From IMG/VR virus record IMGVR_UViG_3300032268_000887, positions 38,687 to 102,686 of that record: a stretch of DNA of 64,000 nucleotides. One strand, given 5' to 3'. Shown here piece after piece: positions 30,832-41,351 of the stretch. Below the pieces are notes generated by a model. It had not been told where the DNA came from, searched no databases, and saw only the letters and a program-made list of their open reading frames with translations. The translations under genes and the position numbers were made by a program. The stretch is from a virus. Each line of letters begins with the position of its first letter. The first letter of the stretch is position 1.

Positions 30832-31277
30832 TAATCTACCGACGCTTGGCTTTCGGTACGTCTCCAAACCATCTGATATGACTCTACGTTTCCAAAAGGG
30901 CCGACAAAAGGCTGTATTGTTGCAATTTCATAGATTGTACCTTTTCCAGAACGAATACCAGATGTTTCTTTATATATCATATTTCCATGCATATCTCTTA
31001 CGTTTGTAATCAATATGTCAGTAATTGCATATGGCTTATCAAGAGATGAAATTCTTAGATCTGTTGATGATCTTGCAATTAACTTATTGTTAAGTTGAGA
31101 AATCATTTTTGGATCTAATTCTTCAATATTTTTTCTAGTAGAAGGGGCAGCATTGCAGGCAATTGTTCTATCGACTAGCCATTCTTTTTTTATTTCTCCA
31201 TAACCACCTTGGGTAGATATTGCATAATAAATATCTGCACACATCGGATGTATAAAGTCATTTGGTTCGCATAACAT
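30831..31277 (-). CDS. Putative head-tail stopper
   Basis: 148 aa; ADIYY..YGEIKKEW..YEIATIQP; position after adaptor. Confidence 0.55.
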   Translation of the reverse strand: MLCEPNDFIHPMCADIYYAISTQGGYGEIKKEWLVDRTIACNAAPSTRKNIEELDPKMISQLNNKLIARSSTDLRISSLDKPYAITDILITNVRDMHGNMIYKETSGIRSGKGTIYEIATIQPFVGPFGNVESYQMVWRRTESQASVD

Positions 31278-32185
31278 TAAACTACACCTGGTCTGACAAT
31301 ATTGTTTACGTATTTGTCTAAAATTTTATCAACTATCATGTTTCCAGTACCTTCTAAAATTTTCTTGTTAAACTGAATTTTATATTGATCTGTATCATAT
31401 GAAGTAACATATCTCTTGTAGTAATCTAATTTTCCACATTTTAAATCTTCTATTAATAGAGTAGTAGCATATTTTACGTCTTCGGGAACTGTTTTATATC
31501 CTGTATCTAAAACAAAAATATAGTCATATCCTCTTGGAAAGTCTACGATTCTTCCACTTCCAACAGACCCTAAATCTCCATATGCTGGTGGCAACACAAT
31601 TGACCCTTGTTCAACACGGTTATACTGTGAATCAAAATAGCGTTGTACCCCAGAGTTGTCTGCCGTAATATTAAATGAGTATACGTTGTCATCAGGAGTT
31701 TCAAAATCATAAATTAAAATATTATTTTCATATACTTTTAGAATTTTGTTAAATCTTTTCCAAATATTAAAATAATCAGAGCCTTGCCCTACACCTTGAA
31801 TTATTTCTTTTGAATTATAAAAACCACCCTTAACAACTGTATCTATAATTGATCTAGCAATCATCTCTAACTGTGTGTATTCTGATACTTCAGATGCAGT
31901 TGATCCAAGCGAGTTTGGGTTGACGTATGGTCTTTTTATCTCTACTGTATCTTCTACAACAATATTTTCATCTTCGTCTAATACCTGAAACAAAAAATTT
32001 CTATCTAATAATAAATCTGACTGGGAAAATGTATATGTAACTTGAGAACCTGCTGTAGATGTTACGTTTGAACTTTCTAGCACATGGTCCACTAAATCTT
32101 CAACGTAAATTGTATAACTAGTGCTTGCATCTGGAACATCCCATGTGGTTACTTTAGGGTATGTGGGAACTCTTAATATATCCAT
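31277..32185 (-). CDS. Head-tail adaptor
   Basis: GYKTVPEDVKYAT..TGNMIVDKILDKY adaptor-like C-terminus. Confidence 0.65.
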   Translation of the reverse strand: MDILRVPTYPKVTTWDVPDASTSYTIYVEDLVDHVLESSNVTSTAGSQVTYTFSQSDLLLDRNFLFQVLDEDENIVVEDTVEIKRPYVNPNSLGSTASEVSEYTQLEMIARSIIDTVVKGGFYNSKEIIQGVGQGSDYFNIWKRFNKILKVYENNILIYDFETPDDNVYSFNITADNSGVQRYFDSQYNRVEQGSIVLPPAYGDLGSVGSGRIVDFPRGYDYIFVLDTGYKTVPEDVKYATTLLIEDLKCGKLDYYKRYVTSYDTDQYKIQFNKKILEGTGNMIVDKILDKYVNNIVRPGVV

Positions 32186-32186
32186 T

Positions 32187-32477
32187 TTATAGACCGTACT
32201 CCTTTGCTACCTCTTCTGGGCTTGCAATTCTAATTCCTGGCCTTGTAAGCCATTTTTCAGCATTAATTTTTTCTACTATATTGTATCCTTTTAATATTTT
32301 TCCAAAACCTGAAGAGTATATGTTTTTGTTAGAATATATGGCTACGTTGTCTTTTATAGGCTTTTCTTTTTTTTCTTTGATTTCTGAGAATGACTCTGAA
32401 GGTGCAGTAACAATACCAAATACATTATCGCTAATTGGTCCAAGGGATTGTATATTTTTTTGTTTAACATCAGACAT
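32187..32477 (-). CDS. Hypothetical protein after capsid gene
   Basis: 96 aa with AAGGAGG RBS and TGATATAAT upstream. Confidence 0.7.
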   Translation of the reverse strand: MSDVKQKNIQSLGPISDNVFGIVTAPSESFSEIKEKKEKPIKDNVAIYSNKNIYSSGFGKILKGYNIVEKINAEKWLTRPGIRIASPEEVAKEYGL

Positions 32478-32507
32478 AATATCCTCCTTCTTGTATTATA
32501 TCATTAT

Positions 32508-32547
32508 AAATAGAAAAGGGGGACAAGAGAATTAACTCTCATCCCCC
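32508..32547 (-). terminator. Rho-independent terminator after major capsid gene
   Basis: GGGGATGAGAG-loop-CTCTTGTCCCC then TTTTCTATTT. Confidence 0.8.
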
Positions 32548-32563
32548 TAAAACTGTTTACAGA

Positions 32564-33709
32564 TTAAGAATCTGAAGCAGCGTCAGCGAACGCAATTGCA
32601 TCCTGCTCTTCCCATTGAATACCAAAGCGAACAAATACTGTATATTCTACAGTGTCTTTCTTTGCCTTGTACTCACGGTTAACAGTGATATCACGTTGGA
32701 AACCCCATACACGGTTTGCTGGGAATGTAAGATCTACATAGCCTGCAGGGTAGTAAGGAACTTCTTGAACCGCAACACCAAGAACACGAGTTGTACGTGC
32801 TCCACCGAATGTTTGGCCCATTCCATCTAGGTAGTCTTGACGGTTTGCTTGAGTGCTTCCTGGTACTTGACCAGCAAAAGCCTCTGCAACAGCATCTGCA
32901 AGAGTACCATTATTCTTAACAATACCTTGGAAAGCATCTGTACCAGCATAGAACTTTAGGTTCTGCTTGATAGCACGATACTTACGTGGCATTGCTAGGA
33001 TGATGTCTTGCATAACGCCTGTTGTCCAAGCATTATCTGCTACGGTCACTTCTGACTCGTGAGCATCTCCATCTGTCTTAACCTTATTAACGAAACCATC
33101 CATAATTGAAAGGAATGATCCTGTTGCACCGTCACCATTAATGGCTAGATCTTCAATATCATTACCAAATGCGTTTGTCATAAGACGAACGATGTGGTCT
33201 TCTAATTGTGCACCTTCGATGTTATCTTCTAGTGCTTCTGCTGCAACTTCCCAATCTAGACGAATCTTCTTGGTTGTAAGTTCTACCTTACTGAATGTTG
33301 CTCCTGCGTTAGTGTAGTCACCAACTGCCTGTGAGGCAGCACGGATTACACGCTCACCAACGTTAACTTTTTCAAGTTCCATGGTGTTAGCCTTCATTGT
33401 TACACGACGACCATCTTGTGCAAGTACTGTTGCATCCCAAACATAGTCAATAAAACGACGTGCTTGTTCTGGACGAAGAATACCGCTTCCGACATCACCT
33501 GAAGGGTTTACTGCGTTTGCGCCTGTTGTTACGCCTGCTAGTGCAACTGGAATATTTCCAAGTTCGCCACCATCGCCGTAATTTCCTGGTACGTTTGTTC
33601 CTGCGTCTGAACCTGATGCGAATGCACCCTGACCTTGGTAAAGGCCTGGAGTTGTTCCGCCAAGTTGTCCGCTTGTACCTGGTTGATTTTTCTTAATTTC
33701 TTCCGACAT
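32564..33709 (-). CDS. Major capsid protein (HK97 fold)
   Basis: GILRPEQARRFID..LEDNIEG..DIEDLAINGD; AGGAGGTG RBS; follows protease. Confidence 0.9.
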   Translation of the reverse strand: MSEEIKKNQPGTSGQLGGTTPGLYQGQGAFASGSDAGTNVPGNYGDGGELGNIPVALAGVTTGANAVNPSGDVGSGILRPEQARRFIDYVWDATVLAQDGRRVTMKANTMELEKVNVGERVIRAASQAVGDYTNAGATFSKVELTTKKIRLDWEVAAEALEDNIEGAQLEDHIVRLMTNAFGNDIEDLAINGDGATGSFLSIMDGFVNKVKTDGDAHESEVTVADNAWTTGVMQDIILAMPRKYRAIKQNLKFYAGTDAFQGIVKNNGTLADAVAEAFAGQVPGSTQANRQDYLDGMGQTFGGARTTRVLGVAVQEVPYYPAGYVDLTFPANRVWGFQRDITVNREYKAKKDTVEYTVFVRFGIQWEEQDAIAFADAASDS

Positions 33710-33729
33710 TATTACACCTCCTAAGTGAT

Positions 33730-35064
33730 TTATCTAAATAGATCGGCTGTTTTGAGGAAACGTCCGCCCCATAGGGATTTCTCAACCATTTCTGGTTGTT
33801 CCTGAACAATCTCACCGAGATCGCCAGATTTTCGGAATGCTGTATCTGCTTCAACAGCATCTACACGCTTTCCAAATTCATTAAACTCGTCTTTTGCTGC
33901 GGTAACATCTTGTGATACTGCATCAATTGACTTTGTAATTGCATTAACCTGCTCTTGTAGAGACTTAACGGTTGCAACTAGATCGCTAAAGGCTGATGTG
34001 AGAGTATTGTTGATTTCTGTAACTGCTTCTGCAATTACTACATCAGACTTAGATACTTCTTCAGTCTTAACTTCAGAAACTACCTCTTCAGACTTAATAA
34101 CTTCTGAAACTGTTGGCTCTTCTGCCTTAGTTACTTCTGCTACCACAGCCTGCTCAGTTGTTAAAATTGTTTCTGCTACAACATCTTCTGATTTTGTAAC
34201 TTCAGCAACTTCAACTACGGCATCTTCTTGTGGAGCGACCTGAACATCTTCAACAGTAGCAATAGATTTCTCAACAATTTCTGTTGCTTCTTTTTTTGTT
34301 GTTTTTGCCATAGGATTTTCCTCCTTGTCTATCTTAGAAATACTTGTGCCATTGGCACTTTCAACTAAGAACTTGATCATGCTTGTTTTCTCGTTGTCTG
34401 TTTTTTCAACGAAACCTATATTTTGCATCTGAACACCAGAGGTAGGGCTTAATTCGGATTCGTTTTCTGAAACCATAACAATTCCAGATTCTTTGTCCCA
34501 AAAAACATTTTCAATTATTGTGTCCATGCCTTTTATAATATCTACACCATCTACTTTTTCTACAGAAACAATATTTGCAAATTGATTTGCTGGACTATCA
34601 ACTAATGATAATTCTACTAAATCATAATCTTTAATAACTCTAATTTGTTTTTGTACCTGGTCGTCATATGCTTCGTCCCATTTATTCATTTTTCCACCTA
34701 TTGAAAATCCTGTGTATGTTCCATCTAAAACTTTTTCCCATGCATTCTGTGCACCTTTTGAAATGTATGCAGAAACCAAAACGCCGTTATACATTTTTTC
34801 TGATTTTGTATCATAATATTTATCTTCTTTAAATGAAACCATTTTGCCAACAGCGGATGGTTGATGCATTTCACGAATGTTTCCACGGAATTTTTTAAAT
34901 GCTTTTAGACTTGCTTCTGTTGTAACAATGTCATCTTGTTTATCAACGTTATCTAATGTAGCAAAACCTGAAACTGTGCGTCTTTCTTTATCTACCTTAC
35001 TAAAAGGCATTGAAAGTCGAAGTTGCTCGCCCTCAGTGTTCCACTGGGCCTTAGTTATAATCAT
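33730..35064 (-). CDS. Prohead protease fused to acidic scaffold
   Basis: REMH, GFSIGG, ELSLVDSPAN; E/V/K/T-rich low-complexity and coiled-coil C-half. Confidence 0.88.
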   Translation of the reverse strand: MIITKAQWNTEGEQLRLSMPFSKVDKERRTVSGFATLDNVDKQDDIVTTEASLKAFKKFRGNIREMHQPSAVGKMVSFKEDKYYDTKSEKMYNGVLVSAYISKGAQNAWEKVLDGTYTGFSIGGKMNKWDEAYDDQVQKQIRVIKDYDLVELSLVDSPANQFANIVSVEKVDGVDIIKGMDTIIENVFWDKESGIVMVSENESELSPTSGVQMQNIGFVEKTDNEKTSMIKFLVESANGTSISKIDKEENPMAKTTKKEATEIVEKSIATVEDVQVAPQEDAVVEVAEVTKSEDVVAETILTTEQAVVAEVTKAEEPTVSEVIKSEEVVSEVKTEEVSKSDVVIAEAVTEINNTLTSAFSDLVATVKSLQEQVNAITKSIDAVSQDVTAAKDEFNEFGKRVDAVEADTAFRKSGDLGEIVQEQPEMVEKSLWGGRFLKTADLFR

Positions 35065-35104
35065 CTTACCATATAGTATAGGGCACTTTTTTACAATATC
35101 TCAA

Positions 35105-36694
35105 TTATTGAGACGCTCTGCCAGAACCTTTTGGATTCCTGCCAGAAACTGTTGCTACCCCGTCAGATTGATTATTTGTTCTTTCAGAATCTCTTTGTCG
35201 ATCTGCAGTATCGTTTGCTGCGTCTTGTGGTTTTAATTGAAACGGCTCGTCTCCATGGGCTACCTGTGGCAATCCCAATTTTTGCCTTGCCTCATTAGGA
35301 AGCATAACCTGAGTTTTAACATACCTCTCAAGAATTTGAGATTGAGCGATTTCGTCTGTGAGTGTTAACTCATTAAACTTAAATTCTAAGATGTCAGTTT
35401 TTTCACGAATAACTTTATTGATCATTTTTTCTATTTGACGTTGTGCTGGTCTTGCAACCTGCTCTTTAAATGTACGATCTTGTGATAGGGCTGCTGCTAT
35501 TGCTGAAGAATCAGATCCTCCTAATTTTGATAGTGGAACTTGGTGAGCAATTAAAATATCATCACGATTTTGTTTTCTATATTCTTTAAAAGATCCATCC
35601 TGAATTCCATTTTCAATTGGTTCCATTTTAAATTCAACTTTGTTATTATCACTGTCTCCAGGAAGAGGAATATACAGCGTTCTGTGAGACTGTCCTTTTA
35701 AGTTTGTCTGCAAAAATCTAAACATCTTATCTTCAGCATCTGAAGAAAGTTTTGCTCCTTTTAATGTAACAACATATCTTGGAACAGCCTTGTTAGAAAA
35801 ATAATCTATATTGTATTGAGATGCTAACTGATCTCCATGCAGTGAAGATATAGCAGAGATAATATCTGGTACTCCATAAAATGTGTTTAATGGAGAGTAT
35901 TGCTTTAGGTGAATAATTTCATTTGGACGATTGTCTAGTGTAACTGGGTTGTAATTTTTAGCCCCAAAATTTCTAAAATAAACCACTTTATTTGCAATAA
36001 TTTGAACAAAGCCATCACGCATGCGACGCACACGCATTGTTGTTGCAGGAATGTGTCCAACATACCCAATTTCTCCTCTTGTGGTTCTTCCAATTTCTAG
36101 GTAACCATTTCCAGTTGCCTGAACGTCTGTATAAACTTTTTCCATAGTTGTTGTAAATGAATCATCTGTGTTTAAACTTTCCAGCCAGTCTGTAAGTTCA
36201 ATTTTTGACCTTTCAATTCTTTTGCGAGCACGGTCAGTTGCTGTACTGTCTATAGACGATTCTAGTTTTAGCATTGTCCTAGGAGAAATTTCAAATGTAT
36301 ATCCAAGTCCTACAATGTTCTCTACTTTTGCATCGATTGCTGCATGATTAGCAAAAGATGTATCATAATAATTTGCTAACTCATAAACGTTCCATGGCGG
36401 GGTAATAACATCAAACAAACCATAGGCATTTCTATATAAAACTCCTGGATTTATTTCTTTTGATTTTGCGCCATCTAACCCAGAACTAATTGCCTTTGCA
36501 TTTTCTATGTAAGCAGGAGATGCCTCGACTTTTGACATTCTTGCTGCACGTCTTTTAAAGTTATTATCCAAACCAGATAAATTTTTTAGTTCATCCCAAG
36601 TCTTATTAAAGGGATCGCTTTTTTTAAATTCACTATCTGTATCAATTAATTCATCAATGCTTGCCCCAATGTTGTACTGTGTCTCTTCGCTCAT
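35105..36694 (-). CDS. Portal protein
   Basis: TGNGYLEI, HIPATTMRV, NEIIH, YGVPD, FSNKAVP, HQVP, NEARQKLG; start at TAATG overlap 36694. Confidence 0.92.
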   Translation of the reverse strand: MSEETQYNIGASIDELIDTDSEFKKSDPFNKTWDELKNLSGLDNNFKRRAARMSKVEASPAYIENAKAISSGLDGAKSKEINPGVLYRNAYGLFDVITPPWNVYELANYYDTSFANHAAIDAKVENIVGLGYTFEISPRTMLKLESSIDSTATDRARKRIERSKIELTDWLESLNTDDSFTTTMEKVYTDVQATGNGYLEIGRTTRGEIGYVGHIPATTMRVRRMRDGFVQIIANKVVYFRNFGAKNYNPVTLDNRPNEIIHLKQYSPLNTFYGVPDIISAISSLHGDQLASQYNIDYFSNKAVPRYVVTLKGAKLSSDAEDKMFRFLQTNLKGQSHRTLYIPLPGDSDNNKVEFKMEPIENGIQDGSFKEYRKQNRDDILIAHQVPLSKLGGSDSSAIAAALSQDRTFKEQVARPAQRQIEKMINKVIREKTDILEFKFNELTLTDEIAQSQILERYVKTQVMLPNEARQKLGLPQVAHGDEPFQLKPQDAANDTADRQRDSERTNNQSDGVATVSGRNPKGSGRASQ

Positions 36695-37098
36695 TAGTCG
36701 TCTGACCCCCACTTTTTCACTGTTTGCTGCGCTGCGTGCACTGCTCCTAAGTCGTTCATGTTTGGAATTAAGCCTTGGGACATTCTATCTTTTTGTTCTG
36801 AATATTCTTCTTCTGAAATTCTATTTAATCCTGGAACAAAAATACATTCTCCATCTCCTGGATCTCCATAATACTGTGCTGCTTTTTTTAATTCTGATAT
36901 CTTTGATATATCCCCCTTCATAGAAGGAATATTTAAAACAGACCCAGTTCCATCGGTAAACCATTTTCCGGTTGATTGCTTATAAACATAAAGACCCCAG
37001 TCATAATACTTATCAATTACTTTTATACGAGACTCTCCCACTTGGCCTTTCATTTTGGGCCTAGGCTTGCCAACTTTTTTCTTTTTGTCTAAATTCAT
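36694..37098 (-). CDS. Hypothetical protein upstream of portal
   Basis: Coupled to portal; TGGTATACT 7 nt before ATG 37098. Confidence 0.7.
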   Translation of the reverse strand: MNLDKKKKVGKPRPKMKGQVGESRIKVIDKYYDWGLYVYKQSTGKWFTDGTGSVLNIPSMKGDISKISELKKAAQYYGDPGDGECIFVPGLNRISEEEYSEQKDRMSQGLIPNMNDLGAVHAAQQTVKKWGSDD

Positions 37099-37116
37099 AA
37101 CCATCAGTATACCATA

Positions 37117-40100
37117 TTAGACTGGATTGACAATCTGTGTTTGCCAAGATGTATCTGAATATATCTTTACAGAATCTGCCGTAAATGTTAGATCTTGCTG
37201 GGTATTGCTATCAATTACGATCTTATTTCTGCCAGTGTAATTTTCGTATAAGACTGATGGATTTACTCCGTATAACTCTGATGAGGATAGAACCAAAACT
37301 CCATTCCAGTTATAAGATGTGTACCAATATGTCCAATATAAATCAGAAGACCCACTATTCTTTACCCTAAGCCATGGCCTATAAATTTTGCTTTGAATGT
37401 CTTGTAATGCAGTAGACTGGTAGTTAGTAATATTATTAAAAAGAAAAGGTCCATTTAAATTTATATATCCTAAGAAATTGTCTATATTAATGCTATTTGC
37501 AAAAGAGACTCCAATAACAGACCACTCTTTTGCTTCCAGAACTGGATCTTTTACTAGATTTCCATTAATATAAAATGCAAGACCATTTACTTGCTGTCCA
37601 TTTGATTTATTAACGGCAAACAATTTTCCTCTATCTCCTTGTTCACTGATAGCAGAAACAAAAAATTGAATAGTGTCATTTTTATGCTGCAACTCAAAAA
37701 CCTGTACAGAGCCGTATGGAAATTTATCAAAACCATATCTTAGCCATACCTGTAAAGCACTTATCTTGTAATTATTTGAAAGACTGCTGTTTATTGGGAC
37801 GCTTACTCCTCTATTTGTAAAAGGGCTAAATGATCCTCTTATTTCTATTCCGCTTTTTTTTGTTAAATATAAATATGGGGCACTTTCTTTAAATATAGTA
37901 GTTGGATTTTTAGCCCTATAGTCGTAGTAAATACCAGATTTTTTATATGGGTAAATTGGAACACCAAATCTTGTTCCAATCTTTTTTGCACTATTATAGT
38001 CAAATGCTTGAGAAGCAATTTCTAGTTTTTTTAATTTTATATTCTTATTTTGAGTTCCTTGTATTTTAAAGTCTAAATGTACAACAATTGCTAATGAGTT
38101 AAAATCTACCCCAATTGGAGGATAAATAATTGTGTTATCTGCAACTTCAAAAATTTTATTTTGCCAATTTGAAAAATTAGAAACATTTAAAACTTTATCA
38201 TTATTTAATAAAACAATGTTTCCTGCATCAAAATCATTTAGATTTTTATTGGCTCCCGACTCAATAGATTGAATACTTATATAACTTTTAATCATAGAGG
38301 AAGAAGTGTCGTAATAGTATGTTTTAACAGATTTTTGTCTGACATCTTCATAATCTTCCCACCCAGTAAATAGAGCATTGTCTAATTGGCTATATGATCT
38401 TTGAACGGTATGATCATAGGCAAGTTCTAAGCCTTCATAATCCCACATAGGCGATTGCTCTGTAGAAGAAAGAACTGTTGGGGCTGGATAATCTAAATTA
38501 AATTGTAATAAATCAAGGCCGTAAATTTTTTCTCCACGAGAATTGTTTACGTATGAAGCAAAATATGACAAAGGAATATAGTCTTCCCAATATCCAGCAG
38601 AAGCCGTATCTAGGTAAAATTTTTGATATTTTAATTGAGGAATTAAACTATAAGTAGATGTATGCTCCCTAAAGTCATTTCCCTTGATTATTTTTACCAA
38701 ACCATTTGACTCAAATAGGTCAGAAACCAAACTAATATTGTAGTTACTAAAAATATGAAATTTAAAAAATTTACCTTTAAAATTTTCAAGACCACTGTTA
38801 TTTGCTCCTAAATAAATCTTTAATTTACTTTTATTTCCAAAAAATGTTGATAGGTTGGAGCCAAAAGAATTAACCATTGTTTTCAAATCAAACCCGACTG
38901 GTACATACGTGTCTGCTAAAACTGAAACGCTTTCATTTAAGACTGTTAAGTTTTGATTATATGAAAAATAATATTTTATAACATCATCTTCTAGCGTTGC
39001 CTTAAAGTAGTCCCCGTTATCAATATTGTGAATTTGAAAGATTGTTTGAACATCTTCCAGCGCAGCATCAAATTTTATAACACCGACAATGCCCTGAATG
39101 TCTTCTTTAATTATAGAAAAATTATCAAAATAGGCGTATGTTTTTTTATTATCCCAGTCTTCGTTAGGCCTAAATGTAAAGTAGTTAAAATCATCATCTT
39201 GAATTAAACTGTTATCATCTGCAAATTTTTCATTTGTATAATCATCTAAAAATATTGTTGGCAAATTGTATTTTGGCAAAGACATGGTTTTTTCTGTAAC
39301 AGCAAGGTTATCTCTTGTTCCCTGAGCCCATCTTCCCATATTTGGATATGTATAGTTTGCTGTATACTCTGCAAAAGGATAATCAATGTAGGCTGAGGTT
39401 GCCCCGTAGCCCGCATTCATTGTTTCTGGGGAGACAACTGCCTGTCCATAGACCCATCTTTTTTTTGCTACGAGGTCTGACACTAAATATGAATAAATAG
39501 CAATACAGTCTATTTCATATTGATGATTGTTGTAACAATAAAATCCTAACCAATCTTGCTCTTTGTCAGACTCACTAAACTCTGATGGCAAACTTATAGT
39601 TGACATATCAATATTTAATGAAATAACCTGCTCTCCGTTAATTAACAAAGAAGCGTTGCTAGAAGAAAGTTTTATTTGAACAAGCATTGGCCTATACCAT
39701 TCTCCAACATAGTGAGACTCAAAATGTTTTCCAATAACAAGAGTTATGAACCCATCTTCTACGTATAGTCCGTCGTTTGATCCAATTGGTCCAAAAATTC
39801 TTGATGCCCCGACATTTTCTCCATAGTTAATTCTTATCCACATTTCTGTCGTATATTCTCTATATTTACCAATCTCATTTAAGAAACCAAATCCCGGAAT
39901 AATTAAAGATGGCTTTGAGGTGTCGCTATTTGGAATAATTTTTGTAATACTGTCAGAGCCATATACCATTGGAATACTCGTATTTTTAGCAGTTAACTTA
40001 TTATTGTCTACTAGATAATAGCCATTTTTTATTCCCGAAACATATGAATTTAAATTTACGGCCCCATCTATTCCCGACAGTTCAATGTTGTTTGGAAAAG

Positions 40101-40722
40101 AAGAAACTGTTTTACCTAAAGATGTTGTGTTAAAGTTTTCAGAGCATTGGCCAACAGTAAAACCATTAGTAAAAACTTGGTAGTTATCTGTTGATGGTGC
40201 GCCACCTTCAAATTTTATTTTTATTATTGGCCTAAAAGAAGTGTTTTGGTTTGGAAATATAGAAGTGCTAGAAAGAAATGCCCATTTTTGAGAAGTGCTA
40301 AAAGAATATTCTGTAATTTTTTCAACATTTTCTCCAGAAGAGACATCGGTATATTCAAACCCAATTGATATTGATTTTAAAAATGCGCTTTCTGTGTAAA
40401 AGTAACACCCTGTAGTTAAAGTTGCTAAATCAAAATTTAACTGATTAAGACTAGTTAGATCCGACCCTGTAAATTTAAGTTCTTTTTCTGCACCTACAAA
40501 ATCATCAAATTCTATTAAATTTTTTACACTATTGGAAAATGGTTGATTTAAATCTGAGGTATCACTAGTAACTGTAGAATCAGGAGACGTCCAGAGGCTT
40601 GTCAAGTTTCTTTGTGCTTCCGAAATTAAAGATAAGTAGTCAGCATTATCGTCTAGTGACCAAAGCCCTATTGGGTGCTCTGCAAAAATTTTTTCTGCAT
40701 ATAAATTAGATTTAATAGACAT
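37117..40722 (-). CDS. Large virion structural protein with LamG/ConA-like regions
   Basis: 1201 aa; EHPIGLWSLDD, YTTEMWIRI, LLINGEQV, IDCIAIYSY patterns. Confidence 0.6.
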   Translation of the reverse strand: MSIKSNLYAEKIFAEHPIGLWSLDDNADYLSLISEAQRNLTSLWTSPDSTVTSDTSDLNQPFSNSVKNLIEFDDFVGAEKELKFTGSDLTSLNQLNFDLATLTTGCYFYTESAFLKSISIGFEYTDVSSGENVEKITEYSFSTSQKWAFLSSTSIFPNQNTSFRPIIKIKFEGGAPSTDNYQVFTNGFTVGQCSENFNTTSLGKTVSSFPNNIELSGIDGAVNLNSYVSGIKNGYYLVDNNKLTAKNTSIPMVYGSDSITKIIPNSDTSKPSLIIPGFGFLNEIGKYREYTTEMWIRINYGENVGASRIFGPIGSNDGLYVEDGFITLVIGKHFESHYVGEWYRPMLVQIKLSSSNASLLINGEQVISLNIDMSTISLPSEFSESDKEQDWLGFYCYNNHQYEIDCIAIYSYLVSDLVAKKRWVYGQAVVSPETMNAGYGATSAYIDYPFAEYTANYTYPNMGRWAQGTRDNLAVTEKTMSLPKYNLPTIFLDDYTNEKFADDNSLIQDDDFNYFTFRPNEDWDNKKTYAYFDNFSIIKEDIQGIVGVIKFDAALEDVQTIFQIHNIDNGDYFKATLEDDVIKYYFSYNQNLTVLNESVSVLADTYVPVGFDLKTMVNSFGSNLSTFFGNKSKLKIYLGANNSGLENFKGKFFKFHIFSNYNISLVSDLFESNGLVKIIKGNDFREHTSTYSLIPQLKYQKFYLDTASAGYWEDYIPLSYFASYVNNSRGEKIYGLDLLQFNLDYPAPTVLSSTEQSPMWDYEGLELAYDHTVQRSYSQLDNALFTGWEDYEDVRQKSVKTYYYDTSSSMIKSYISIQSIESGANKNLNDFDAGNIVLLNNDKVLNVSNFSNWQNKIFEVADNTIIYPPIGVDFNSLAIVVHLDFKIQGTQNKNIKLKKLEIASQAFDYNSAKKIGTRFGVPIYPYKKSGIYYDYRAKNPTTIFKESAPYLYLTKKSGIEIRGSFSPFTNRGVSVPINSSLSNNYKISALQVWLRYGFDKFPYGSVQVFELQHKNDTIQFFVSAISEQGDRGKLFAVNKSNGQQVNGLAFYINGNLVKDPVLEAKEWSVIGVSFANSINIDNFLGYINLNGPFLFNNITNYQSTALQDIQSKIYRPWLRVKNSGSSDLYWTYWYTSYNWNGVLVLSSSELYGVNPSVLYENYTGRNKIVIDSNTQQDLTFTADSVKIYSDTSWQTQIVNPV

Positions 40723-40742
40723 TGTTAGTCTATTTTATCATA

Positions 40743-41342
40743 TTAAAGGTTTTCCCAAAGCGGATTTCCCCAATGAATATCTTCGTATTTTAAACCTAAA
40801 TATGGAGATTCTCCAATTGGAGCATTCCAAAAATCAGACAGGAACATGTCTTTTTCTGTGACCGTTGTAAAGCCTCTCATAAAGTCTTTAGTTTCTGGAA
40901 AAATAATGCAATCTCCAACCTTGAGTTCTTTTGCTATTTTATAATTTTCAAATTTAAATATTCCGCCACCATGGGAATCATTCCATTTGACTATTGATCT
41001 AAATACGTTTTTTGGCCTATCTTCTGAATAAAACATTGTTATTTCTTTTCCTGGAGAATATCTTAAAATATAACTTTTTCCAAGAATGGGACGATTATAT
41101 TCAATTCCTGTTATTTTAGTAACTGCTTCTTTTATAGCAATTGCATATTTTTCAAATATAGATACAACCTCTTTTGGCATATCCCCATAAGTAGTTATAT
41201 CAAAATTTATTCCAGGAATATTAAATAAAGAGTCATGAAGCGGTATATGATCTTCTGGAGTATTAAATTTTACAGAATTGAGAAATTCTTCAATAGTCTT
41301 TAAATCTTCTTTAGTAGCAACATTTATTATTTGGTAACTCAT
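40743..41342 (-). CDS. Prolyl-4-hydroxylase-like 2OG-Fe(II) fold protein, metal ligands apparently lost
   Basis: RYSPG..WNDSHGGGIFKF..GDCIIFP scaffold, but HxD site reads MFYSE and distal His site reads FMRG. Confidence 0.6.
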   Translation of the reverse strand: MSYQIINVATKEDLKTIEEFLNSVKFNTPEDHIPLHDSLFNIPGINFDITTYGDMPKEVVSIFEKYAIAIKEAVTKITGIEYNRPILGKSYILRYSPGKEITMFYSEDRPKNVFRSIVKWNDSHGGGIFKFENYKIAKELKVGDCIIFPETKDFMRGFTTVTEKDMFLSDFWNAPIGESPYLGLKYEDIHWGNPLWENL

Positions 41343-41351
41343 TTTATCTCC